DNA of 64,000 nt from Clostridiales bacterium (GTDB lineage: Bacteria > Bacillota > Clostridia > Lachnospirales > Lachnospiraceae): NCBI GenBank assembly GCA_021204045.1, contig JAJQAA010000019.1, positions 24,125 through 88,124 of the forward strand. Direction: 5' to 3'. Every line of letters begins with the position of its first letter. The first letter of the stretch is position 1. The notes beneath the pieces are model-generated. The model did not search any database. It had not been told where the DNA came from and saw only the letters and a list, made by a program, of their open reading frames with translations. Position numbers and translations under genes: made by a program. Shown piece after piece: positions 1 through 9,115 of the stretch.

Positions 1-1196
1 TGCGGTATCTGCTCCACACCCATGCCAAACCACGAGCATGTCAGCGTCCCCCACACGATCGTAACCACGCCAAAAAGCGTAATCAGCAAAAACAGGCTGG
101 AAGGGGCCTCGCCGGGCTTTTTCGTCTTCACAAGCATCACGACACCAAGGAGCGTGATAAGCAGCCCGTATCCGCCATCTCCGAAAATAATTCCGAAGAA
201 GATAAGCATGAACGCGAGGAAATATCCGGAAATATCCTGCTCGTAATACCCCGGTACCGTGCCAAGGAAGTCTGTCAGCGGATAAATCAGGCTGACAAAC
301 CGGTTGTTGCGCAGCTTGGTCGGGACATTGTCCTCCATCGTCGGATCGTCGGAGACGATCCCCCAGGCATTCTCCTTCGCCGCCGCCTTCAGCTGATCCA
401 TGTCCTCTTCCGGCACATAGCCGCTTAAAATCGCCACAGCAGGCGCGTTCTCCGGAAGGTCGGACAATCCCGCTTCTTCCATTCCATGGAGATAAGCATC
501 AAACTCAATCTCTTTATTGTCCGCGGCAAGCACTTCCTTCATCGCCGGAATGTACTTCATATAGCTGCGGATCTCATCATTCAGTCCGGCAATGCGCTTT
601 TCGCCTTCCTCAATCCGCTGCCGCAGTTCCTGTGTCGATACCGACGGAAGCGGGATCCTGCACGCGCTGTCCGGGAGTACCGGCTTCTCTGCCGCGCCTC
701 CATCCTCAACGACCATCATACAGGTCTTTTTCTTATCACGGCTTACGGACAGCGTCTTTACTTCCGCGCCGATGGAAGCATAGTCTGCCGATGGAATTTC
801 ATACATCGAAAGAACGATGCCCTTCTGCGCAAGATACGCGAAGTCGGCCGGCGTCACGACGCCCCAGCCTTCGTACTGCTCCAGCTCCGCCCTGGCGGAA
901 ATACACGCGCTTAGGCAGTCCTTTTTCTCAACGCTCAGCGCCACAACCTTCCTCGCGGCGGAAAGCGTCTCGAAAGCAGGCAGCTCAATCTTCTCCAGCT
1001 TCTTTATGGCCTTTTTGTCCGCCACATCGACGATCACCTGAATCGCCTGCTCCAGGGCGGAGGTCTCATCCTTTAAGCGCGCCATCTTGTCGCCGGTAAA
1101 GCTTTGCGCGTCGATATGTACAAGGCCGAGTCTGCGGATCTTACGCATGGCTTCTTCCCGTTCCCTGTCAAGGACGAGAATGGATACTTTTTTCAT
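1..1196 (-). CDS. ntpI: V-type ATP synthase subunit I (membrane a-subunit). Only the N-terminal ~398 codons are present; the gene runs off the left edge.
   Basis: Absent from the ORF track because there is no stop in the window. My reverse-strand translation from the ATG at 1196 reads MKKVSILVLDREREEAMRKIRRLGLVHIDAQSFTGDKMARLKDE... and stays open to the edge. It ends in hydrophobic helices containing FFGIIFGDGGYGLL. It starts 8 nt after the subunit D stop, the slot subunit I occupies in E-A-B-D-I-K type operons. Confidence 0.85.
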   Translation of the reverse strand, partial: MKKVSILVLDREREEAMRKIRRLGLVHIDAQSFTGDKMARLKDETSALEQAIQVIVDVADKKAIKKLEKIELPAFETLSAARKVVALSVEKKDCLSACISARAELEQYEGWGVVTPADFAYLAQKGIVLSMYEIPSADYASIGAEVKTLSVSRDKKKTCMMVVEDGGAAEKPVLPDSACRIPLPSVSTQELRQRIEEGEKRIAGLNDEIRSYMKYIPAMKEVLAADNKEIEFDAYLHGMEEAGLSDLPENAPAVAILSGYVPEEDMDQLKAAAKENAWGIVSDDPTMEDNVPTKLRNNRFVSLIYPLTDFLGTVPGYYEQDISGYFLAFMLIFFGIIFGDGGYGLLITLLGVVMLVKTKKPGEAPSSLFLLITLFGVVTIVWGTLTCSWFGMGVEQIP

Positions 1197-1204
1197 TGGG
1201 AGGA

Positions 1205-1846
1205 TCATCCGGCAGCCACCTCCCCTCCGGCGGCGAGCGCCGCGGCCGCGTTGCGCTGATCGATTTTCTTCTTGGAAATCTTCGAGCGTACAACCGCGTT
1301 GACCTGCTGGTCGCCAAGATACACCGAAATCTTCCGGATGTTCTCCTTTGCTTCCGGTATTTTGATTTTTTCAAAAAGATTCACGCGCTGCGATGTTGTC
1401 AGCAGCTCCTCCTGAAGCAGCCGGACCTGTTCGTCCAGCACCGAAGCCTGCAAATCCAGGGAAAGGGACTCTTCCATCTTGTCCGCCGCCAGATCGACCC
1501 ACAATGGCGTCTCATAAAAATCATAGTCCCCGCGGGAAAATAAAGCGCCCTCGTAGATGGGTATCCTCACACCGGCAATATTGCCGGTTCCCTTTCGGAT
1601 ATTGCTAACCGTGACCAGATCCGGCGTGAAGGCTTCTTCCTCGCCAAACACGGCTATCCATTTCTTAAATTCCTGTTCCAGGGCTTCTCTCTGCTTCCGG
1701 ACGGCGTTTGCCTCCGCCTGAATCGTGCGGATTTCGGCCTGCAGCTGCTGTTTTTTGAGCGTCAGGGTCGGAAGGTAGCGCTCATACATCTTTAGCGCAT
1801 CTTTTTGAGCCTTCTGCTCATTTTTTGTCAGCTTAATTTTTGCCAT
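1205..1846 (-). CDS. ntpD: V-type ATP synthase subunit D
   Basis: 213-aa ORF. The N-terminus MAKIKLTKNEQKAQKDALKMYERYLPTLTLKKQQLQAEI is typical of the subunit D coiled coil. It lies directly downstream of B. Confidence 0.9.
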   Translation of the reverse strand: MAKIKLTKNEQKAQKDALKMYERYLPTLTLKKQQLQAEIRTIQAEANAVRKQREALEQEFKKWIAVFGEEEAFTPDLVTVSNIRKGTGNIAGVRIPIYEGALFSRGDYDFYETPLWVDLAADKMEESLSLDLQASVLDEQVRLLQEELLTTSQRVNLFEKIKIPEAKENIRKISVYLGDQQVNAVVRSKISKKKIDQRNAAAALAAGGEVAAG

Positions 1847-1861
1847 CTCACTTGCCTTTCT

Positions 1862-3157
1862 TTATTTTGCGGGCCAGAATTCTTCAATCAGCTCTGATTT
1901 AATACCGGTTTCGTCCTTCTCAAAGCAGTCGGCAAGAATCTCCCAGCCAAGGTCAAGCGCCTGTTCCAGAGGAATATTGATGGACAGATCCATCATCTTC
2001 GCCTCGAACATTTCTCCGTATTTCAGAAGTTTCTCATCCCATCTGGTCATCAGAAATCCCATGCTCTTCTTTTCCAGCGTACTCTTATACTCGGAATACA
2101 GACGGATCATACCATCCATCAGCGCACGGTGATCCTTGCGTGTCTTGCTGTTTACGTTTTGTTTCAGACGGGACAGGGAACCAAACGGTTCAATCCTTCC
2201 GCCCTTAAGATAATACTGGCCTTCCGTAATATATCCTGTATTATCCGGTACCGGGTGGGTAACATCGTCGCCCGGCATCGTGGTAACCGCCAGAATCGTA
2301 ACGGAACCGGAACCGGCAAAGTCAACCGCCTTCTCATAACGCGCGGCAAGCTGAGAATACAGATCACCCGGATATCCGCGGTTGGAAGGCACCTGTTCCT
2401 GAGTAATCGCGATTTCCTTCATGGAATCCGCGTAGTTGGTCATATCGGTCAGAAGCACCAGCACGTCCTTGTTCTGCAGGGCAAACTGCTCGGCAACCGC
2501 GAGCGCCATATCCGGAATCTTGATACATTCCACGGTCGGATCCGCCGCCGTATGAATGAACATGACGGTCTTGCTCAATGCGCTTCCGTTTCCCAGACTC
2601 TCCTTGAAATACAGGAAATCATCGTATTTGATGCCCATACCGCCGAGAACAATCACATCGGCGTCCGCCTGCATCGCAATCCGCGCAAGCAGCTGGTTGT
2701 ATGGCTCGCCGGAAATCGAGAAGATCGGAAGCTTCTGCGATACGACAAGCGTATTAAACAGGTCGATCATGGGGATATTCGTACGCATCATGCGGTTTGC
2801 GAGAATTCTCCTGGACGGATTGACGGACGGACCGCCGATGGGCTTTAAATTTTCCACCAGCGACGGACCGTTGTCCCTCGGCTCGCCGGAACCGTTGAAA
2901 ATACGTCCCAGCAGATCGTCCGTGAACGACACCTGCATTTCATGGCCGAGGAAACGCACCTCATCGCCCGTTGAAACGCCTCGTCCGCCGGCAAACACCT
3001 GAAGGGATACGATATCTCCGTCGATCTTATTGACCTCGGCAAGAGATTTCCCAAAACGAGTGGTGATCTCAGCCAGTTCGTTGTACTTCACACCATCGGC
3101 ACGTACCGTGATCACGCTGCCGGTGATTGATTCGATTCGGTTATATACTTTATTCAT
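1862..3157 (-). CDS. ntpB: V-type ATP synthase subunit B
   Basis: 431-aa ORF with a B-subunit-like core ([23 protein letters not shown]). It sits between A and D. Confidence 0.9.
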   Translation of the reverse strand: MNKVYNRIESITGSVITVRADGVKYNELAEITTRFGKSLAEVNKIDGDIVSLQVFAGGRGVSTGDEVRFLGHEMQVSFTDDLLGRIFNGSGEPRDNGPSLVENLKPIGGPSVNPSRRILANRMMRTNIPMIDLFNTLVVSQKLPIFSISGEPYNQLLARIAMQADADVIVLGGMGIKYDDFLYFKESLGNGSALSKTVMFIHTAADPTVECIKIPDMALAVAEQFALQNKDVLVLLTDMTNYADSMKEIAITQEQVPSNRGYPGDLYSQLAARYEKAVDFAGSGSVTILAVTTMPGDDVTHPVPDNTGYITEGQYYLKGGRIEPFGSLSRLKQNVNSKTRKDHRALMDGMIRLYSEYKSTLEKKSMGFLMTRWDEKLLKYGEMFEAKMMDLSINIPLEQALDLGWEILADCFEKDETGIKSELIEEFWPAK

Positions 3158-3172
3158 TGTCTTTCACCACCC

Positions 3173-4930
3173 TTACAACAGCTTTTCTGCTTCACTGCTC
3201 AGGACTCCGCCGCCGGATGCATACTGCGCGTCGATCTCCGTCTCCGCCGCCGCAAAGGCTTCGCTCTGAAACTCCGTATAGTTCCAGTCGATGAACTTCT
3301 GACGCAGCGAGTTAAAGTAAGCACGCGCCTCGTCTTTCTCCTTCAGCTCATAATCGGAGCCGAGAATGCGAACGAGCTTGGCGGCTACATAGCGCTGCCG
3401 GTCTACAATACAATTGGCGTCGACGTCGTCAAAAGAATTCTGCTGGAAATAAACCGCGTCAAGCAGCTCGGATTTTAAGTAGGTGACAAAGTCCGTAAGG
3501 CTTGTGCCCTCTTCACCGACCACCTTCATCATGGAATTGATCTCAACACCGCGGCTCATAATGGCACGGCAATACTCAATCTGCTCCGGTGCGACGACGC
3601 TCTTGTATTTCGACCAGGAAATCAGCGGGTCGATCGCCGGATATTTGCGGGCGTCGGAACGCTCTCTTGAAAGGCCGTGGAAGGCGCCGACCACCTTCAG
3701 CGTCGCCTGCGTAACCGGCTCTTCAAAGTTGCCGCCGGCCGGAGAAACGGTGCCGCCGATTGTGACGGAGCCATGAGAGCCATCCGGCAGACGAACATAG
3801 CCGGCGCGCTCATAGAACGCGGCAATATAGGACTCCAGATAAGCCGGGAAGGCTTCCTCGCCCGGGATCTCCTCCAGTCTTCCGGACATCTCACGAAGGG
3901 CCTGCGCCCAACGGGACGTGGAGTCCGCCAGAAGCAGGACGTCCAGTCCCATCTGACGATAATACTCCGCCAGCGTCACCGACGTATAAACGGACGCTTC
4001 GCGGCTGGCCACCGGCATGGAGGATGTATTACAGATAATAATGGTACGCTCCATCAGAGAACGCCCTGTCCTCGGGTCGGTCAGCTCCGGGAACTCCGTC
4101 AGCGTTTCCACGACCTCACCGGCACGCTCGCCGCAGGCCGCGATGATAACGATATCCACATCCGCGTACTTGGATGTGGTGTGCTGAAGTACGGTCTTGC
4201 CCGCTCCGAACGGTCCCGGGATACAGTATGTACCGCCCTTGGCGACCGGGAAAAACGAGTCGATCAGGCGAACCTTCGTCTCCATCGTCTCGGTCGGCGC
4301 CAGACGCTCCGAATAGCAGTTGACCGCACGCTTCACCGGCCACCGGAAGGACATGGTCAGATTAATGTCCTTACCCTTGTCGTCCGTAATCACGGCGATC
4401 GTTTCACGAATCGTGTACGCGCCCGCGGCCGCTACCGACTTCACCGTATAGCTGCCCAGCAGATAAAACGGGACGAAAATCTTATGTGTGAACGGGCCTT
4501 CCGGTACGGTACCTACGTACTCGCCCGCTTTTACACGATCGCCCGGCTTTGCGGTCGGGGTGAAATCCCATTTCTTTTCTCCATCCAGCGAGTCAACATA
4601 AATGCCCCGCTCCAGAAACCATCCTGCCTGCTTGGCAAGAAGCGGCAGCGGGTTCTGCAATCCGTCGTAAACCTGTCCCAGAAGACCCGGTCCAAGCTCA
4701 GCGGAGAGCAGGTCTCCCGTAAATTCTACCTTATCACCGCAGGCAATGCCCTTGGTCATCTCATAAACCTGTACCTGGGCGACATTGCCGCGAATTCGAA
4801 TGACCTCGCTTTTTAAGCGTGCGCCTTCGACTTCTACATAGCAGACCTCATTCATGGAAACAACGCCGTCAAATTCGACCGACACCATGTTTCCGTTGAT
4901 GCCTACAACTTTTCCTCTTGTTTCCGTCAT
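3173..4930 (-). CDS. ntpA: V-type ATP synthase catalytic subunit A
   Basis: ORF 3173..5008 trimmed to the ATG at 4930 (MTETRGKVVGINGNMVSVEF), which lies 1 nt after the stop of the upstream gene. Walker A is GPFGAGKTV. Confidence 0.9.
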   Translation of the reverse strand: MTETRGKVVGINGNMVSVEFDGVVSMNEVCYVEVEGARLKSEVIRIRGNVAQVQVYEMTKGIACGDKVEFTGDLLSAELGPGLLGQVYDGLQNPLPLLAKQAGWFLERGIYVDSLDGEKKWDFTPTAKPGDRVKAGEYVGTVPEGPFTHKIFVPFYLLGSYTVKSVAAAGAYTIRETIAVITDDKGKDINLTMSFRWPVKRAVNCYSERLAPTETMETKVRLIDSFFPVAKGGTYCIPGPFGAGKTVLQHTTSKYADVDIVIIAACGERAGEVVETLTEFPELTDPRTGRSLMERTIIICNTSSMPVASREASVYTSVTLAEYYRQMGLDVLLLADSTSRWAQALREMSGRLEEIPGEEAFPAYLESYIAAFYERAGYVRLPDGSHGSVTIGGTVSPAGGNFEEPVTQATLKVVGAFHGLSRERSDARKYPAIDPLISWSKYKSVVAPEQIEYCRAIMSRGVEINSMMKVVGEEGTSLTDFVTYLKSELLDAVYFQQNSFDDVDANCIVDRQRYVAAKLVRILGSDYELKEKDEARAYFNSLRQKFIDWNYTEFQSEAFAAAETEIDAQYASGGGVLSSEAEKLL

Positions 4931-4931
4931 T

Positions 4932-5483
4932 TTAGTTCTCCTGACTGTTTCCGTCCAGAATGGAACGGTAAATCGTTTGATATGATCTGTGTCCTCGCTC
5001 CTCGTCAAACAACCGCATCCTCGCGAGAAGCTTTAAGCGTATTGCGTAGCAATACACCGCGTCCTCGCAGAACATGTCAAGCGGTCGGAGCCTGTCCAGC
5101 GTCTCCATCCGGCAGTTCTGAAGATATCCCTCGGCCGCAAGCGGATCTCCCAAATCTACTGCCGTGTTGGCAATCTGAAGCACCGGTGCCGAAATGACCT
5201 CGCCATCTGCGGCAAAGGACTTCCCCTTATGGGAAGCACGCACAACCGCAAGCGCCAGACGAAGCTGCCGCTCCTCACGATTCCACGCGTCCACAAGCTC
5301 TGAGCCTGTCGGTCGGATCTGGCGCGGTGGAATAAGAGAAATCCCGTCCAGTATTTCCATCTCTTTTTCATTCAGGAAACCGGAACAGGCGTCATGAAAC
5401 GCTTCTTCCGTGATGGGAAGCGGGCCTTTTCCGTCATAAGCCTCCAGCCCCGGCAGCTGAGCCATCAAGTAGTACTGGCTCAT
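4932..5483 (-). CDS. DUF2764-like V-ATPase-operon protein (possible subunit C substitute)
   Basis: 183-aa ORF between E and A. It overlaps the end of E by 4 nt. The family call rests on its position, as in Bacteroidetes/spirochaete-type operons, and on recall of the family. No motif was verified. Confidence 0.45.
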   Translation of the reverse strand: MSQYYLMAQLPGLEAYDGKGPLPITEEAFHDACSGFLNEKEMEILDGISLIPPRQIRPTGSELVDAWNREERQLRLALAVVRASHKGKSFAADGEVISAPVLQIANTAVDLGDPLAAEGYLQNCRMETLDRLRPLDMFCEDAVYCYAIRLKLLARMRLFDEERGHRSYQTIYRSILDGNSQEN

Positions 5484-6094
5484 GCCTTTGAAGCCTCTTT
5501 CATAAGCGCTGCGACCCGCGGATTCAGATACCTGGAAAGCAGATCTGCCACCGCTTCCGCAGAATAGTCATAATATGCGGAACCGCCTTTTGCGGCAATA
5601 CGGAATCCGCTGTCTACATTGTCATCTGCCTTCAGTGTAATGCCTGCGCTCACGCGCTTTTTAAGCGCTGCCATCAGATTCCCTTCGATCGCCGAGAGAT
5701 CGTCGCTGCTTAACAACACCTCAATGTCGTCGGTATCGGGATTTTTGGCCCACGCTTCCACAACCCTGGGAATCAATGCCAGGAGTGTTTCTTTGGAATA
5801 ACTCTCCGCAACCGTTTCTCCGATCACGGCATCCAGCTCCTTTGTGACGCTGTCGCGGAACGAAATCAGCTGGTTGCGCCCTGCCTGACGGATCGCGTCC
5901 TCGCTTGCCCGGACCAGACGATCATTTTCATCGCGGGCCTCGGCCAGAAGTCTGGCTTCCTCCGCCTTTGCATCTGCAATGATCTTCTCAGCCGAAGCAT
6001 TTGCATCTTCGATTCGGGCGGCGGCTTCTTTTTCACCGGCGCCAACTCCGTCGCTCTTGATCTTGTCGATCAATTCCTGCAATGCAATTTCCAT
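5480..6094 (-). CDS. ntpE: V-type ATP synthase subunit E
   Basis: 204 aa. The N-terminus is Ala/Glu/Lys-rich and coiled-coil-like (AEKIIADAKAEEARLLAEARDENDRL). It is the first gene of the operon. Confidence 0.75.
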   Translation of the reverse strand: MEIALQELIDKIKSDGVGAGEKEAAARIEDANASAEKIIADAKAEEARLLAEARDENDRLVRASEDAIRQAGRNQLISFRDSVTKELDAVIGETVAESYSKETLLALIPRVVEAWAKNPDTDDIEVLLSSDDLSAIEGNLMAALKKRVSAGITLKADDNVDSGFRIAAKGGSAYYDYSAEAVADLLSRYLNPRVAALMKEASKA

Positions 6095-6224
6095 ACATCT
6101 TTCTCCTATCTGCTACAGGTAGTGTCAAATTCTACCCGGTTTTTAGTTGCCGAAACTCTGGATCCGACTCATGCCGTAATCAACGTTTTCTTCGTTTATT
6201 ACACGCACATATATTTAATTTACA

Positions 6225-6253
6225 ATTATAATCGTTTTTCTCTGAATTCTCAA
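6225..6253 (-). promoter_or_regulatory. Putative sigma-70-type promoter of the V-ATPase operon
   Basis: Minus strand reads TTGAGA, 17 nt, TATAAT, about 130 nt upstream of the ntpE start. Confidence 0.45.
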
Positions 6254-6329
6254 GACATTTTTTATAAAACAGATATTTTTTGAATATTTTCCTTCATTGT
6301 GACAATTTTTTCACAGTTGTCCGTTCTGT

Positions 6330-6953
6330 TCAGCCTCCCAGCATCCACGCCGTCAGCTCCCGGTGAGGATGCTCCGGCAATTCCTCAAAAATATTGATAT
6401 GCTCCGGGTCACTGCTGCGGCCGCGAAATACCGGATACAAAAAGCCATATTCCGGCTTCCCCGCCTCATAATCGCCGCTGACCGGGCAGATCACGCCAAT
6501 CAGATAGGTATAAACCTCTTCAGAGCCTTCCATCCACTCCCGGTCGGTACCCTTCACCGGCACATCGTAACTGCCATGGAACAAATAAAACGCGTAAGGG
6601 TAACCGGGCTGATATTGTTCGCCGATCACCTCATAGAGCACATCAAGAAGCGCGTCGTTTTTCAGTCCACATCCTTTCAGGCCATCCAGAAGCTGCCACA
6701 GGCTCCCCGGCCTGCGAAGCTTCCGCGAAACCGCATAATCCTTCAGTTGTTCATTGGTCCGGGAAAAGGGAACCGTCTTCGCGATCGCCAGGTTTTTCGT
6801 CTGGTCGGCAACGGAGAGCTTGCGGAAATTTGTGTTGAATGTGCCATCCACATAGCCTTCCGCGTCAAAATAAGCGCCGGCAACCCGTCCCACCGAAGAC
6901 CGCGCCGGCGTCATCCTCCTCGTCAGCTCCAGCATATCCTCCCTGTCAATCAT
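6330..6953 (-). CDS. DUF4317-like hypothetical protein
   Basis: ORF 6330..6989 trimmed to MIDREDMLELTRRMTP.... The N-terminal pattern (..RVAGAYFDAEGYVDG..) resembles DUF4317 proteins from memory. Not verified. Confidence 0.45.
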   Translation of the reverse strand: MIDREDMLELTRRMTPARSSVGRVAGAYFDAEGYVDGTFNTNFRKLSVADQTKNLAIAKTVPFSRTNEQLKDYAVSRKLRRPGSLWQLLDGLKGCGLKNDALLDVLYEVIGEQYQPGYPYAFYLFHGSYDVPVKGTDREWMEGSEEVYTYLIGVICPVSGDYEAGKPEYGFLYPVFRGRSSDPEHINIFEELPEHPHRELTAWMLGG

Positions 6954-7118
6954 CCCTTGTCCTCCCCGACACAAAATTGCAGATACCAATTATTTTTATT
7001 GTAACCTGTAATCATCAAAATGGAAAGCAGTTTATAATTCTTTTATAGACGCCGGAAAAGAAAACTGATACAATCAGTTCAGACAATCTTCATAATTTTG
7101 CCAAATCGGAGGAACGTT

Positions 7119-7514
7119 ATGTTTTTTATTATGGGAATCAGCCAGGGCAGGAAAAAGCTTGATTTTGACCAGCTCATCGTCTGCGGCCGCTGCGGACGCT
7201 ATGGCCGGATTGAGGTATACATGGTCTACACTTATTTGAGCCTGTTTTTCATTCCGGTTTTCAAATGGGGACGCCGCTATTTCGTGCACACTACCTGCTG
7301 CAACACCGACGTGGAAATCAGCGCCGAGCTCGGGCGGCAGATCGCGCGCAGCGAGGTTACTTCCCTGCCTAAAGATATCATCCCGCAGTCCTTCCAGCCA
7401 TACAGCGATAATCATTCCTGTGATGAAACGCCGCAGAGGAAGCGCTGCCCATCCTGTGGATTTGAGACGGAAGAGGATTATCAGTTCTGCCCGAAATGCG
7501 GCCAGAGATTGTAA
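7119..7514 (+). CDS. Zinc-ribbon domain membrane protein
   Basis: GGAGG lies 6 nt before the ATG at 7119 (MFFIMGIS...). CxxC pairs are present (CGRCGRYG near the N-terminus; CPSCG..CPKCG at the C-terminus). One hydrophobic segment. Confidence 0.55.
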   Translation: MFFIMGISQGRKKLDFDQLIVCGRCGRYGRIEVYMVYTYLSLFFIPVFKWGRRYFVHTTCCNTDVEISAELGRQIARSEVTSLPKDIIPQSFQPYSDNHSCDETPQRKRCPSCGFETEEDYQFCPKCGQRL

Positions 7515-7607
7515 CGCTTGCACTGGCGCAGCAAACAAAGCGTGAAGCGACGGCGATTATTTCCCGTTTCACAACAGGTTGTTTTCCTGATACGTCCCAA
7601 TTGTAGG

Positions 7608-7655
7608 AGTCTTAATTGTTAACCATTATTTATTTTTTGGTTGACAATTAAGACT
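7608..7655. promoter_or_regulatory. BirA (biotin repressor) operator-like inverted repeat
   Basis: AGTCTTAATTGTTAACC, N14, GGTTGACAATTAAGACT: 17-nt arms with one mismatch. The core TTGTTAACC-N14-GGTTGACAA matches the Gram-positive bio-operator type. The right arm carries the -35 box. Confidence 0.7.
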
Positions 7656-7669
7656 CTTTTTTTTATAAT
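7641..7669 (+). promoter_or_regulatory. Consensus promoter overlapped by the BirA-type operator
   Basis: TTGACA (7641..7646), 17 nt, TATAAT (7664..7669). Confidence 0.65.
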
Positions 7670-7675
7670 CACAAC

Positions 7676-8479
7676 ATGAATTGTCAACGAAATGCTATCC
7701 TGATCCCTCTGGAGCGTTGTCTGCTCAGCCAGCAGGAATTTAACGGCTGGCTGATCGGCAGTGCCATATTTTCACTGCGATGTTGTGGGGCATCCTCCCT
7801 CCCCATCGGAGCGGAGCGATATTTTCATGTACCGACCGGCGCCCCCAACATCTCTCCCACCCCGCCTGTCGTTCTGAAACGGTCATCGGATTTTGCCCTG
7901 TTTCAGACCGGAACTGAATGGGAAAATGAGCAGCAGCGATCGTGGGCTTCTCTGCGACTGGCAGTGATCCGGCCGGAGGCAGGAGCGCGGACTTCCCGAA
8001 GGCTCACAACAGAAATCGTGGAAACATTTCCGCGAACCCCACCAGAAGCAGTGCCAGAAGCAACACAAGGAGCAGCGTCTGAAGCAGTACCAGAGGCAGT
8101 ACCGCAACCTGCGTTCACAATCAGCAGGAATGAACTGGCGCAGTTTCTTCGTCTTGTTCCGGACAGCAGCCCGCTCCATCGCGGTGAGGACGCCATCCTT
8201 CCGGGTATGCTGATCCTGAACTGCTTGGTGGAACATCTTTCCGGAGAAATCAAAGATATTTTTAAAATCAACCGACGGCCTGAAACCGGAACATCAATAA
8301 AAAAGAGTCAAAAAGATTTGTGCACAGGGTTTGACCTCGACGTCCGTTTTCACGCACCCCTGCGTCCTGATGAACCGCTGCGTCTGAACATTCGCCGGAA
8401 CGATCAGGGCTGGCGCGGACAGCTTGACGTCTACAGAAAAGAAGCCGCCGTCCGGCTGCGCCTGACGCCTGTTTCCTGA
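7676..8479 (+). CDS. Hypothetical protein with a MaoC/hotdog-like C-terminal half. The true start is uncertain and probably lies well downstream of 7676.
   Basis: The C-terminal ~125 aa read FTISRNELAQFLRLVPDSSPLHRGEDAILPGMLILNCL...DLDVRFHAPLRPDEPLRLNI. This resembles the MaoC pattern (D-x-N-P-x-H, hGM, vrF-aPv-pGD-L). The ATG at 7676 falls at the predicted transcription start and has no RBS. The N-terminal 140 aa look non-protein-like. Confidence 0.4.
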   Translation: MNCQRNAILIPLERCLLSQQEFNGWLIGSAIFSLRCCGASSLPIGAERYFHVPTGAPNISPTPPVVLKRSSDFALFQTGTEWENEQQRSWASLRLAVIRPEAGARTSRRLTTEIVETFPRTPPEAVPEATQGAASEAVPEAVPQPAFTISRNELAQFLRLVPDSSPLHRGEDAILPGMLILNCLVEHLSGEIKDIFKINRRPETGTSIKKSQKDLCTGFDLDVRFHAPLRPDEPLRLNIRRNDQGWRGQLDVYRKEAAVRLRLTPVS

Positions 8480-8530
8480 TCTCAATCTGATTCCACATTA
8501 CTTCCCAATCAATAAGGAGGATTCCCCATC

Positions 8531-9115
8531 ATGAACACAAAACCCGACACCTCAACAAAGACAAACTTCTGGTCCACCGGCAGACTGACCATCATGGCAC
8601 TGATGGTCGCCCTGCTCGCGGCCTCCTCTTACATCACAATTCCGCTGCCCTTCTCAAGTGCCAGCATCACAGCCCAGACCCTCGTGGTCAATTTCATCGG
8701 CATGCTGCTTCTGCCGCAGGAAGCTCTGGCCGTGATGGTCACCTGGATTCTTGTCGGCCTTGTCGGCGTTCCTGTCTTTTCCGGCGGCACCGCCGGCCCG
8801 GCAAAGCTCTTCGGCCCGGGCGGCGGATACATTTTCGGCTTTCTTGTTGCCGTGCTGCTGATTTCTCTTTTCTGCCGCCGCGTGAAAGATCTGCGCCTGC
8901 AGACCGCGTTTCTGATCATCATCGGCATCCCGGTCATCTACCTGTTTGGCGCTGTCCAGATGCAGTTTGTCACCCGGCAGCCATGGGGCGCGATCCTCAT
9001 CCAGTCCGTGCTGCCCTTCATCCCGCTTGATATCGTCAAATGCCTGGCGGCGGCAGCGCTGGCAAAGGCCATCCGCAGAACCGGCCTCTTTTCCGGGGAC
9101 GGCCGCCATGTCTGA
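8531..9115 (+). CDS. bioY: Biotin transporter S-component BioY
   Basis: 194 aa, multi-helix. Motifs ITAQTLVV, GGTAGPAKLFGPGGGYIFGF and IPLDIVKC are typical of BioY. AAGGAGG RBS. Confidence 0.9.
   Translation: MNTKPDTSTKTNFWSTGRLTIMALMVALLAASSYITIPLPFSSASITAQTLVVNFIGMLLLPQEALAVMVTWILVGLVGVPVFSGGTAGPAKLFGPGGGYIFGFLVAVLLISLFCRRVKDLRLQTAFLIIIGIPVIYLFGAVQMQFVTRQPWGAILIQSVLPFIPLDIVKCLAAAALAKAIRRTGLFSGDGRHV

Noticed and set aside
6298-6315. TGTGA-N8-TCACA palindrome upstream of the V-ATPase promoter
   Set aside because: The half-sites resemble CRP/FNR or Rex boxes, but the 8-nt spacer does not fit those families (N6). It is a single occurrence in an AT-rich intergenic region and may be chance.
7676-7678. 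ATG at 7676 as the true start of the first gene of the biotin-regulated operon
   Set aside because: It lies 7 nt after the -10 box, at the predicted transcription start, and has no RBS. The encoded N-terminus looks non-genuine.
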